Of a stretch of 64,000 bases of DNA, positions 27,636 to 39,950 are shown piece after piece. The translations under genes and the position numbers were made by a program. Under the pieces are notes generated by a model. The model did no database searches and was not told the origin of the DNA. It saw only the letters and a list, made by a program, of their open reading frames with translations. This DNA comes from Nageia nagi (lineage: Eukaryota; Plantae; Pinophyta): positions 42,532,001 through 42,596,000 of the forward strand of contig JBITNC010000001.1 of assembly GCA_050084985.1 (NCBI GenBank), given 5' to 3'. Within the stretch, counting starts at the first letter, position 1. Each line of letters starts with the position of its first letter.

Positions 27636-30405
27636 TATCTCAATGGAGGTAAAGAAAAGCATTTGTAATTCCTTAGAAATGTAAAATGTTCATCAAACCG
27701 AAGCAATTTGATTTCTCTACAAGTTAAGAACTTGAAATGTACGTGTATCTGAACGTAAGAAATAAAGTATATATAGTTGGTATAATTGGTGATTATGTTA
27801 GAAAATAGTAAATTATTTATCATTTCAAGGTAATTACTTACAAAAATATAGGAGGTGTAAGTGACTATTTGCACTTATCTTTATTAAGAAAATTGAAAAT
27901 ATTAATGAGTTAACTTGAAATTTTTTAATCTTTGTATATGTTGGGCTAATTGGTGCTATATTCGAGGTCCGCATATTCAATATATTTAAATACAAAAGAT
28001 CCCTATATTCATCAATTTGTAAATATTACCGCTATGAATAACATTGAAACATACACCCTACCTTAGTTTTTTGAAATACTTTAGTTTTTCTATACAATCT
28101 TATAGCACTAACACATTCAACCAGACCACCTTAAATATAGATCATACAATATTATGTAAGCACACCACAGAGAAAGAAAATAAGTAGTCAATAGATAGTT
28201 TCAAAAGCTTGGACCATATCATTCAAGTGTGCATTAATTTCACATCTCAAACTTCCAATAAAGTCCAACTAATAAACTTGTCAATATAATTAGATGCATA
28301 ACTTAGACTCCAATAGAATTATCCCAATATGAATAAAGGATAAAATATAATTTGAGACTACATTAGGGTCATGAGAGTAGGGTGAATGAGGATTGTTAAT
28401 TTATTTCGTTTAATCTCAAAGTTTATATTTAATATGATATGAAATTCATCTAAGTACGCCATACAGTTTGAAATAATGCAACTATGCCATATTATATGAA
28501 ATAATGTTAGTATACCATATAATATGCAATTATTCAAATATGCTCTATAGTTTCAATTATTGTTTAAATGATTCAAATATGTTTTACGATACTGCTACCG
28601 CAACATTCAATTTACAAGCATTAAGTAAATGCATCCACCTCAAAGAAGCTTTTTTTTTTTTTAAAATTGAAAAGAATTATAGAACGTAATAGATATATAT
28701 GCAAAATATGGAAGATGCATGATGCAAACACAGTTTCATGGGTACAACAAGGATGCCAACTTACCACTTTTGACTATTTTTTGACGCTTAGAAAATTTTT
28801 GGGTTAAATAGTTGCTTTCTTTATTCAACAAAATTTATGTGTTGAATAATTGGTTTCCTTCTCCAAGAGAGTTTTTGGATCATATGCTGTATTTAAATCA
28901 TTTCATATCATATCATTATTTATTTTGTAAAAATGTTCTCATACAAGCGAGGTAATGAAAGAGACCCATAAGTGATAAGTGATACAAGCAGAGGCATATG
29001 GTAGAAGGGAGGGGAGACAGCGAGACGAGGTAATTGCAATTGTACCATAAGGCATGAAATGATTTTCCCATGTAGACATGGGTCAGTGCAAAAAGTTATG
29101 TCCACTTAATGGCAAAAAGTTGGGTCCACTTAATGGCAAAAAAGTGGAAATCTTTTCCTAATTTTCAAGTTTGGTCATATTAATCTCAAATTTGAAGCAC
29201 TTAGACATGGAATCTTGAAGAAGGTCATTCAGATAAAAAAGTAGTTCATTGACTCTAGTTTTCAAATATATAATTTATTCCAATACTCAGATGATAAATA
29301 TTTATTTTTGATAGGTATGAATAAAACTCACTATTTAAAAAATATTATTTTAGGACCATAGCATGTATGTGTCCGTCACACATATTTTAATCTAGACTAA
29401 AGTATTTTTTTAAATTCTTTTGGAAAAATATACCTAATACAATCAAGCTTTTCTTGGATATTGTTTCATAATATTTTCATGAATATTATTTTTTTATTAA
29501 TTTTTTATGGGTCATAATTATAGTTTTGAGAAATGCTCATATTCGACATGCACAATTTGACTTAAAGATATCAATTTTTCAATTTTTTTTAAAATTTTAT
29601 AGAGAATTATCTAAAGGTTGTCTCCATATTTTGTTTTTTTCAACATTCTTTAAAAAAAAAAATTATTAAAAAATACTAATTTATTTTTAAAATTTTTCTA
29701 TCATAAAACTTCCTCTTTATGTGGACTCATCTTCTTGCACCCACCCACATAGGCATAGCTGAAGCAAAATAATTTATACCATGTCTGGTAGGTGATTCTC
29801 AAGATAGCTTGTACGAGCCGCACCATTCGATTTACAAACACCAAATACACACATGCATACACCCAATTCAAGGTGTATAGGTATTTTGGTAGTGAAGTTC
29901 AAATCCCCTCAAGATAGCATGCATGGTCGAGTAGGTCAACAATTCATGTATAATGATTAATCTTACAATTGTAGAATATACACAAAATGAAAGATTGTAG
30001 AGACTTTTAAGAATATTCAAATGTTATGTGTAAAATTGGGTACATGATGAAACACTATACTTTACAAAAGTGTCAAAAGCTAGTCTACAAGTGGAAAGTT
30101 GGCAAAACATATTTGTAATACTTAGAAAATGTTAAACCTAAAATTTTAAATGTTATGTTGTATTACCTCCACAATAATCATAATAAATTATATTTCCCTA
30201 AGATACCCTATTCAAAACATCATGAATTAGATTTATCATCATTATGCTTCAACATTGTTCATAATGTTACCTCATCAATTTGTGAATATTCAATGCTATG
30301 CATTGTTCATATTCAAGGTCCGCATATTCAATATATTTAAATACAAAAAATCCCTCTATTCATCAAATTGTGAATATTTTCCACTATACATAACATTGAA
30401 ATCTA
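27636..30405 (-). other. PPR-snippet mosaic array C, inverted relative to A/B/F and interrupted by a MITE
   Basis: Minus strand: HYT*IVDLLDHA 29955-29920, AILRGF 29918-29901, MGKSFHA 29071-29051, NYLVSL, SLGEG, LLNAC, NIISYN 28508-28491, PNVVS, GGLVE, AIRLYRK and QIHVH. Confidence 0.8.
29080..29746. mobile_element. Non-autonomous TIR element (MITE) with 4-bp TSD ACAT
   Basis: Left end GGGTCAGTGCAAAAAGTTATGTCCAC; right end reverse-complement GGGTGGGTGCAAGAAGATGAGTCCAC. ACAT at 29076-29079 and 29747-29750. Confidence 0.7.
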
Positions 30406-31499
30406 CAAAGGTATTCATGATTATAGCTTAATCCATGAATTCTTAAACTAAGAAAATCAAACAAAGCTGGGTAATTTTATTATATAGCTTACTTATATGA
30501 GAAATTAACATTCAAAAATTTAATTGATATATTTTATTTTCTTATGTGAATAAAGTTTGATAGGTCCTACAAATATTTTCGTATAATAAAGAACTTATCA
30601 TGTTATTATCATAATAGGTCTTATAAATACGTAAATTTGAATACTAAATGAATTATTTAAAATTATAACTACCCCAATAAATATAATACTTATGTTGCTC
30701 ATTCATTTCAGGATGCTAAGGGAAGGTGCATGCAAGCACATGGATGAAACCATGAGAGGTGGGTAGCCATCTACCTGGATAAAGTAGATTGCTACGATAC
30801 CCCCACAATATTAGTGCCTAACAAAGTCCCTTATTTCTCCCAAAATTCCTCTTCTTGGTCTTTTTACCCTTACTTCTAGACAAACCAACTTCCTTTATCC
30901 CTTATACATTCTAACATGTCATAAATCACACTCCATTAGGATTTTATGTCATCATAAATTTCATCAAATCTAGTTCTATCTTAGGTATGCCCATAATAAC
31001 TAAGATGATACCTCTTTATTTAAATCCATATTATACATAAAATTCTTTAGTAATTTCTAAAATTATAAAGAATATATTTTTATTACCTTTATAGTACAAT
31101 CCATAATATATTTTATCTAGGTCTCAATATCCTCAACAACATAGAGAACTCTTTCATAGTTTGAAATTTACTTCTAGCTAAAATTATAATTCTTCCTCAA
31201 TCCAACACTTTTAAAATAATTCATATGATGACCTTTTTTGAACAACTAAAACTCTAATCCCAAAATCTCGTAGCAACATTTGGGTCGAGGGAGCCTATGA
31301 GTGAAGTGAAGTGATATTTGGGGTCTTCAACGATATATACTCTCGTGACTCATTCTTAGTAGAGACTAGTCTCTTTAATCAAATATGTAATACAAATATT
31401 CTACATAGATCATTTGTACTAGAGACCTCCCATCAACATATTCAAAATAATAAACTACTCTCCTTTCTATTTAAAAAGATAAATGGTACCAAGCCATCA

Positions 31500-34400
31500 A
31501 TTATTAGGGTTTCTACGTTCATGCTCGTATTGAGAATTAGGTGTTACGTTAAAACAAATACATAGCATCCAAACATCCTTTACATTTAAAAATCAATAAG
31601 TAATAATGTATGCATGAATATTCAAATCTAGCTTGTTTAAAAAATCACACAAGATATTAGAAAGTACTACAATTATCCCATACGCATGGTGCTATGTATT
31701 TAATACTATTTTATAAAATTTCACATGCTAGAGTAACGTGTCTTGAGATGATATTAAAGTCAACTACTTCTAAAAAGGAAATGCATCGTAAAATGGTCCT
31801 CACTCAAGTTATATTCTTTTAGATTGTCATTTATTGAGTAGGAGTTTGACTAATGAATATTTCATATCATTTTCCTTCATCATTGAAACAATCCATAAAT
31901 TCTTTTTTAGTTGATTCTATCATTTTAAAATTTATCTTTTAGCCTGAGTTATTACCAAGCTTATTTTGATCTTGATTGTTAGATCCAGTATTCATTTTAT
32001 AAGGGTTATATGAAGATTTTCTTATCGTTGAATCTATGTGCATTTCTAAGAGTATTATTATTTTTAAGGTTATAGTTATCTTAATGGTAAGTATCACTTA
32101 TTAAAGGGGGATTCAAGTAGATAACATCATATTACTACTAGACTAACCCATTGAGCCTTTTCTTAATAATTAAGGACTCCTAGGGTCATCTCAATTGTTA
32201 TCAACATATTTTTGGTTAAAGAATGTAGGATAATTTTTCTTCTCCTGATTGAGTTGATCTCTATAATATGAATTATACTCTTGTGTTTTCTTCAGAAACA
32301 TTAGGGTTGCCTTAATATAACTAAAATATACTTTTACTTTCCTTCATAATTGAGTTTATTACCATGTGCATTAATACAAAGTACTAAGTTTCTTTCTATG
32401 ATTCATTTACAAGAATCCATGGTTAATAATACCAATTCTTAGTGTTTGATTTATTTTTAACCCATACTTTTATACAATATTATTAAATAGTTTTCTTTAT
32501 ATTAAGACCTTTTTATATTTATATAATGAGTTATATCTTGTGAACATATTAGAACAATAAGATTTATAAATTTATTTTTATGCAAGATAGAAGACTATGA
32601 ATACAAAGTTAAAGATCATAATTTTTTTACATTATATTTACTAATATTATGTAAAGGTACTAAGGTTATCTATTAAAGGCCTTCCTAAGTATAATTCAAT
32701 AACATACATGGTGATTACAAAATTAATTCTTCTTTGATTCTTACCATTGATATCATTTTTTTATCCTTGTATTCATATTATTTTATATTTTCTATTACTT
32801 ATCTTTATGTGGAATTATATTTGGAGTTCTAACCTTACCTTTTTAAGTAACTTCAAATAAAAAACATATCATTAATATAAATAAGTTATAGGTAGTATAT
32901 GATGAAATATCATCAGCTATCATTCTATAAGTGTTGTTACATAATGATAAGAGGATTTTTTTACATTCTTAAATGAAAAAATACATGGTAAACATATAAA
33001 AGCTTGGTCTAAAAGGTCTTCAATGCATCTTCGTCTTCTCGATGTGGTCCTTTCCATTTGTCATCTTTCGAACTTTTCCCAAGGATCCAAAGATTATAAG
33101 ATTGAGTACTATGAGAGGTGTTGAATTCTTGAGGATCAAGATAACTCTTTTCTTATTTATGATCAATATGCAATTGAATTTATCTACGTGATAGTTCATT
33201 TTTTAAAACTCTTTTTTATGGATTTTAGGAGGTTTTATTTCCATTCTAGGACTACCTCTTTTCTTTTGTCATAAGGTACACATGAACTTTATTCGAATAA
33301 TGTTATAGCCACACCACATTAAAATTTATATTTTATCCTTTCATTGCATTCTAGTGATGCTTGATACACACTATTAATTAAATGGTGTTTCATCAGATAA
33401 ATTTGATATCTTTCTCATAACTAATATTAAAATCATAACAACTTTACTATTATACAAAATTAAAGTAACCTAAACTTTACCATGGTATTATATATTGGGT
33501 GTAACAAATATTGAAAGTATTTAGTTAATACCTCTATTCACTCTCATTACATATTAATCATAACATCTAATTTAATTGAATTTAAAATATTTTACTTCAC
33601 ATAAATTTATTTAAAATCTTTTCAATTAAACTTGTAAAGCAATTACTACTTGGCGATTAACCTTGACATTTTGTAAATGGAAAAGGGATTCTTATGGTGG
33701 TTTTCGACTAATACCACTTAAGTTCTATGGACTAAAAATAATTCTTTTGACCATAATCCCTATCATGTATGTTGATGGCCTATGAAGGCTCGGACCAAGT
33801 TGTACAATGAGGGAGCTTCATCGAACTACAAATTAAACCAACTAGACCTTTTATTGTCTAAAAATACCATCTAACTACGCTGATGTGATTTGGTAGAGGT
33901 ATTAAGCTCGAAGGGAAATGTTAGATAAATGAATTTGTGACTTATTTATTTGAAAACCTTTCCCAACACACAGATCTAGAAGTGTACAACATGAAAGAGT
34001 TTATTGAGAAAGGCACCTATATAATACACAATGCTCTAGAGTAAGGAGGCATAAACTATTCTCTTGCCTTATAAATCTCAAAGAAAATATCGTCCAAAAG
34101 ATTTTGTACTCCTATTTACTTGTAAACCACACCTATCCAGAATGAGTGAAATGTAGTGGGGGTTCCTGAGATAGGCATAATACTCTTAGAATATGGAGGT
34201 GCTGCATACTACATTTCTTGTTATTCTTAGGGACTATTATGACCACAAAAAATGTAGAGTGGAAAGCATCTCACAGGAGTGAAGTCCTTGGCAAAACCAT
34301 CAATGATAAGAGAGAGATAGGGATCTTGAATGTGATTGCAGTCAACTTTATGGTCAAACATATTTATAGGAAGAATGGGTGGAATAAGAGACTCAAAATT

Positions 34401-35875
34401 GGTTCACCCTGCAATCCTATAGATTTCATCCATAATCTTCTTATTTTTGAGCCATGAATTAGCATAGATTGATAGAGTACTTTATAGGAGCCTATGATTG
34501 GATAATCCCAAAATCATGTAGCAACGTCATTCCATGGAAGCATATATGCAAGGGAGTGGAGTTGAGGGAGCCTACGAGTGAGGTGAAGTGATATTCGAGG
34601 TCTTGAACAATATAGACTCCCATAACTCATTCTTGGTAGGGACTAGTCTCTTCAGTCAGATATGTAATATGAATATTTTACATAGATCATTTGTGCTCGA
34701 GACCTCCCACCAATATATTTAAAATAATAAACTACTCTCCTTTCTATTTAAAAAGATAAATGGTACCAAGCCATCACATGTCAAATAATCCAAATTACAT
34801 ATCCTTACAATAAAAGCCAGAATAGTATCAATAATTAACTTATTAACATTTTGTAAACCTTTATCAAATAATCCTTTCCATACAACATATTAAATAACAT
34901 CAAATAAATTTATATTTTTAGCTAGACATTTTAGCTTTAATATCTAAAATGCAAAGGAATGCACTTGGGCTTAAGTGAAGGGGGCTTCTTTCTCCACGAG
35001 ACTCTAGGCTAAGTTGAAAAGAAAGGAAAATAATGAGATATGAGGTATTTCTTTCTAAGGTTTCTCTCTTTATTTATAGCTAAGGTGGCTATAATATTTC
35101 CATACAAGTGGCTACTTGTCCCTTTAATAATTTTTGTGGGGAGGATGTAGGTATTTTATTTTATTTTATGTGGTGGGTCTCAATTAAATTTGTTGGAAAG
35201 TTTGGTGTCATAAAATATTTTGGACTCTTTTTATATTAGACTACAAATTGAGTTCAATTATTTCGCACACCTCACACAAAGAAACAAGATAGGTGGGGAT
35301 CCTATCTCAATTATTTTCACAACCTAACAAAATACCTTTGTAACATCCATAACATGACATAGTCCTTTTTAACTTTTTTAAATTTTACCTTATTTCACTA
35401 AAAACTTTTTGTAAAAATTTAAAGTCAAAAGAATGGAATATTCTTTGCCTCTTTCAAAATAAATTTCAAAAATGCATATCAAAGTTTTAACATCTATTTT
35501 TACCTGTGGTGATCTCTTCGTTTTGCAAGTCAATTTTATTAGTTCACACACACACATCCACACATTCATCATCATAATTGATAATCATGCTTAATAATTA
35601 TGTCATGCATCTATATGATTTATGATGGTTATTAGAGTTTGTCAACAAACCAATGCCAATAATTTTCTCACTCTTATTCTTCCGTTTCCATCACCAACTC
35701 ACCTTTGATCCTTTAGATCTTTAATCGAACTTTTCATCTCGATTCAACCTATAACTTGTATTATAAAATCTCGAAGCTAGCATCAAATCGACATAAATAA
35801 TGTATATCTCTACTCAAAATTAGTTCTCATAACATAATTCAAACTTAATGTCATTAAAATCCTTGATGGTGCTCG
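31500..35875 (-). mobile_element. Long gypsy LTR, copy G (5' tip and U5 end missing)
   Basis: Inverted homolog of 35910-36975. TATA 35078-35071, anchors 34780-34762 and 33270-33255. 31500-31860 aligns with 51000-51200 and 55740-55980. 31265-31500 duplicates 34515-34778. Confidence 0.75.
33640..34715 (-). other. LRR-receptor-kinase snippet cassette inside LTR copy G
   Basis: Minus strand: MSYGSL 34630-34613, HDFG 34518-34507, LQGE, VDCNHIQ 34346-34326, IPISL 34324-34310, IIDGFAK, QHLHI, LRVLCLSQ 34189-34166, EIYKA, TLLDL, FLDN 33864-33853, PSLYNL 33813-33796 and LSGI. Confidence 0.7.
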
Positions 35876-35878
35876 AGT

Positions 35879-38800
35879 TGTAACGACCCTCCCAATTTCA
35901 CTGTTAATATTTGAGTATTATCGAGGATTCAAATGAAATTAAGTTTGAATTAAATGCTGTAATGATAAATTTTGAATAGCGATATGCTTTATTTGTGTTG
36001 GTTTGATGCTAGCTTCAAGATTTTTGACACATTTTAGAGGTTAAATCAATATGGAAAGTACATGAAAAGATCCAATGAACTAAGGGTGAATTGGTGATAG
36101 GAACGAAAAGGTAATTATGAGGAAATGATTAGCATTGATTCACTAATAAACCCTAATGATCATCGTAGATCATATAGTTGCATTGCATAATTACAAAGTA
36201 TGATTTTTCGATAATGAATGTGTGGATGTGTGTGTATACTAATAACTTTACCATACAAGATGAAGGGATCATCACAAGTAAAATGAGTGTTAAAACCTTG
36301 CAATATATTTTCGAAACTATTTCGAAAAAGGCAAAGAATATTCCCTTATTTTGAATTTGAACTTTTACTTATGGTTGTTGATAAAATGAGATGAAATTTA
36401 AAAAAATAATAGTTGGAAAAGACTAATGTCACTTTGTGGATGTTATAAGATATTTTGATGGTTTATGAAAATAATTGAGATTTGGCCTTACTTATTTTGT
36501 TTCTTTGTGTTAGGTGTGGAAAATAATTGGCTTTAATTTGTCAATTAATATAAAAAAGATTCAAAGCATTTAATGTCACTACACTTATCAACAACTTTAA
36601 TGATACCTACCACAAAAATTATTAAATGGATGAGTAGATATTTATTTCGACATATTTGGACCTCCTTGGCTATAAATAAGAGGATGGAACATTAGAAAAT
36701 ATAACTAATATCATCTCATTATTTGGAGTTACGTAAAGAAGAGAAGCCTTCTATCAAGTCCAGATGCATTCCTTTGCATTGTAGATATTTAAGCTAAAAT
36801 GCTAGTTAAAGATGAAGATTTATTTGGTGTTATTTGTATGTTCTATGAAAGGATTATTTGATAAAAATTTATGAAATATTAATAGGTGAATTGTTGATAA
36901 TGACCTTGTTTAATTGGAAAGGACATACTTTTTGTTTGATTTGACATATTGCATGTGATGGTTTGGTACCTTGTCTTTTTAGAAGTATGAAGTGTAGTTT
37001 ATAATTTTCTTTTTCATTTTAGTTAATGGTTAGGTAAAATATGGATCCTTTGATTTTATTTGGAATGTTATGAGAAAAAAGTTGTATATGAAAGGTATAT
37101 GAATATATTTGTTGAAGATTCATGAGATTATTTTACTTGATAGATATACGTGAAATATGTGCTCTTACTTGAAAGAAGAAGTAATTTAAGAATTTTCATT
37201 TCAAGATTGTTGGAAATGAGTACAATGATTGAATGATATATATATATATATATATTGGTTGAAAAGACAAGTCTTTATGCGCCCCATGCTGTTTTCATGA
37301 GAGTCTATTTTGTGAATAATGTGAGTTTAGCTCTTACTACTCTTGAATGCCCTTCCCTTCAATAATATTTTAATGTCAATCAGTAGTGCTTGAATTAACA
37401 TAGTAAAAAATATGGTAAATCTATTATATACTCGCTTCTCTCCCCATGATGTGCTGTCATTATAGCTTTAACAACCTGCAAATGAAATGCCATTCAAGTT
37501 TGATTCCATTTAGTTTTGCTCAGGAAACAGTAAAGCCAAGGAAGGGAGGTGAGAACTCACAATCCTTCTTATCTATATACGTATTTGGATGTTCAAAGTG
37601 ATTAAATATGATCTACTCTGTGATAGTATATCTCGTTTTCCATTTTTATTTATAGGTCGAATATAGTCTATCCTGTGCATATCCTCATGGATATGAAACC
37701 ATTCGAACAAATATCGTCTCTTCTCTATGAAGCTTCTCGTGCCTTGGGAGATATGTATTTCTTGATGCTGTTAATAAACCTCCTTTCCTCTGTTTTTCTA
37801 TTCTTGTTAACGACTCTAAGAAGCATGCGATCCCTTCTCCTTTTTCTCTACATTCTCTTTAAAGGGTTGCACCATTGGAAACTATATAAAAACCATCCAA
37901 GTTGTATTAATAGAGTCTATATTACCAAACAATAATTGGATTTAATAGATCTATGATGTTGGATCTCCATTGCAGATGAAGCTTCAGCGTTGAAGGTCTC
38001 TCTACCATATTTCTAGCCTAAAATGGACTCGCTAGTCAAGTGCTACTCTTGTAATGGATAAGAATACTACGAGATAAATGTTTTAAGAATTAACTTCACC
38101 TCTATCCAAAATGAGACCTCTCAACATTCCCTTGCGTCGACCATGGTCTCACGCACATTACTCATGGTTTGCTTTAGTAAAATATTAGTTGATTTTTGGT
38201 ATATTCCACCTTCAATGTTGTATACCATATTGAAGCGTAAATTTAATTTTGTATTGTCTTAATATAAAGTAATATGATGCTTAATCTCCTTTATATTATT
38301 AGACTATAATTGTAGTGACAAAGAAATAATAATTAATAATATAATATAGTGTGAATTTATTTCGAGTAAGATTATCTTACTTTAATAAATGATGAAGTTG
38401 TTGTTAAAAGATTGTTGAAGATTATGTAACATCATTTAATGCATAAGAAGTTTTTCAAGCATTTCTAGAGTGAATTCGAACTCAATCATATTTAAGGATG
38501 AATTGCGAATGTTGTAGTTCATGTGACCAAGGAAGGGAGGACTTAAAAACCTCCTGAGGTTCATAGAATGAGTTTTAAGAATTAGATGCCATATAGTTAA
38601 TTATATTTGCATTATGGTCGTAAATAAGACGAGGGTTTTCCTGATCCTCGAACTCCTAACCTTTCCTAGTACTTGATCCACCCACCATTATTCGTTGGGA
38701 GAAGTTCAAAGATGAAGATGGAAAGAGCTACACCAAAGAACGAAGTTGTATTTGAAATCAAGTTTGAATTCGTTACCATGTAATTATTAGCTTAAATTTG

Positions 38801-38975
38801 TAAAGGGATGCTTATTAAATAATTAGGATTACCTTCTTTTATTATCCTTGTGTAATAACTTTGTATTAACAATTGATGGAATTTTCATGTAATATTTTAG
38901 ATTTTACTTTAATGAGTATTTATTCTAATTTGTGCTTATATAGGTTCTTAGAAAATAATTTAGATTCCCTACAAG
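35879..38975 (+). mobile_element. Long gypsy LTR, copy D (3' end uncertain)
   Basis: Starts TGTAACGACCC at 35879. TATAAATA 36671-36678, anchor CATGTGATGGTTTGGTACC 36952-36970 and anchor GACCAAGGAAGGGAGG 38525-38540. Confidence 0.75.
37020..38300 (+). other. PPR-snippet cassette inside LTR copy D
   Basis: WNVM, YVLL, YGKSI, NEMPFK 37481-37498, SFAQE, ALGDMY 37741-37758, LKGC, NGLASQ 38022-38039, FTSI, TFPCV 38124-38138 and TMVS 38140-38151. Confidence 0.8.
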
Positions 38976-39447
38976 GTAATTATTGAATGGTATTCGAGGT
39001 GTCTTTTTTAAATCAAATAATACTTTGCATAAAAGAAGTGTAATCCCTAACTTAAACTTCTATCATGATAATGAAGAGAATAATACCATTACCTAGATTG
39101 GTTCAAATATAAAGAATTAAATCACATTTAGAAGAAAATTCTTTTTTTATGATTATCTCTTTCAACCCTAAAGATTATGAATTTCAAATTATGAGATTGT
39201 AGGTTACTTACCTCAGGTATGTAGGCTCTTAGAGACTCTTCTTGACTTCTAGTTGGATGATTACTTCATGTACATTGAAATCGGTTGTGGTTAATGGTTA
39301 TATTTGGCAAAGTAGTGAGTGTCAAACTAGATCTTTCTTACTTCACAAATATGTAAAAAGTTCTCATCTCTATTGTATCTGTTTGGAGGAGAACTCTCTT
39401 ATTTTTCTCTTCTTCTTCTCTCTTACTCACTCTATCTCAATATTGCA

Positions 39448-39950
39448 TGAAGGGGGAGTGTTGGAATTATAAAGGTTATATTAAATTTTCTATGTAAATT
39501 CATTAATACTTAAGGGTATCATTTGATACCTTAAGTATTTTAGTGAATATGATAATGTAACTTGTCCTACACTCCATGTCATAAGCATGCCCCTTGGGTA
39601 AAAGGATATGCATGTCATGCTTTTACACATTGGATAAAAAGGTGATCCAAAGAGGGATTTTGGCCTATAAATAGAAGACTTTCTCTTTGTAATTATATAC
39701 CAATTGTGGAGTAAAGTTATGTTATATGATAGAAGTGTATGAGTTGAGATTAGGAGGATTCTAAGAGAGTTGTATTTGTGATTGAAGTAAAGATCTAGTT
39801 AGTGGATGTACTCCTAATTGGAGGAACCACTTTACATCTTGAGTTACTTTGTGAGATTGTCTTGTTTGTGAAATTGTTGGATATGAATTTGAGAGCTTTT
39901 TTGTGATCTTGGTAGTTTAAGATTGTTCTTGTTATAGTTCAATTCTCTCA
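39448..39950 (+). mobile_element. copia-type PPT plus ~490-bp LTR
   Basis: TGAAGGGGGAG followed by TGTTGG at 39459, CTATAAATA at ~39665, candidate CA end at 39950. Confidence 0.55.
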
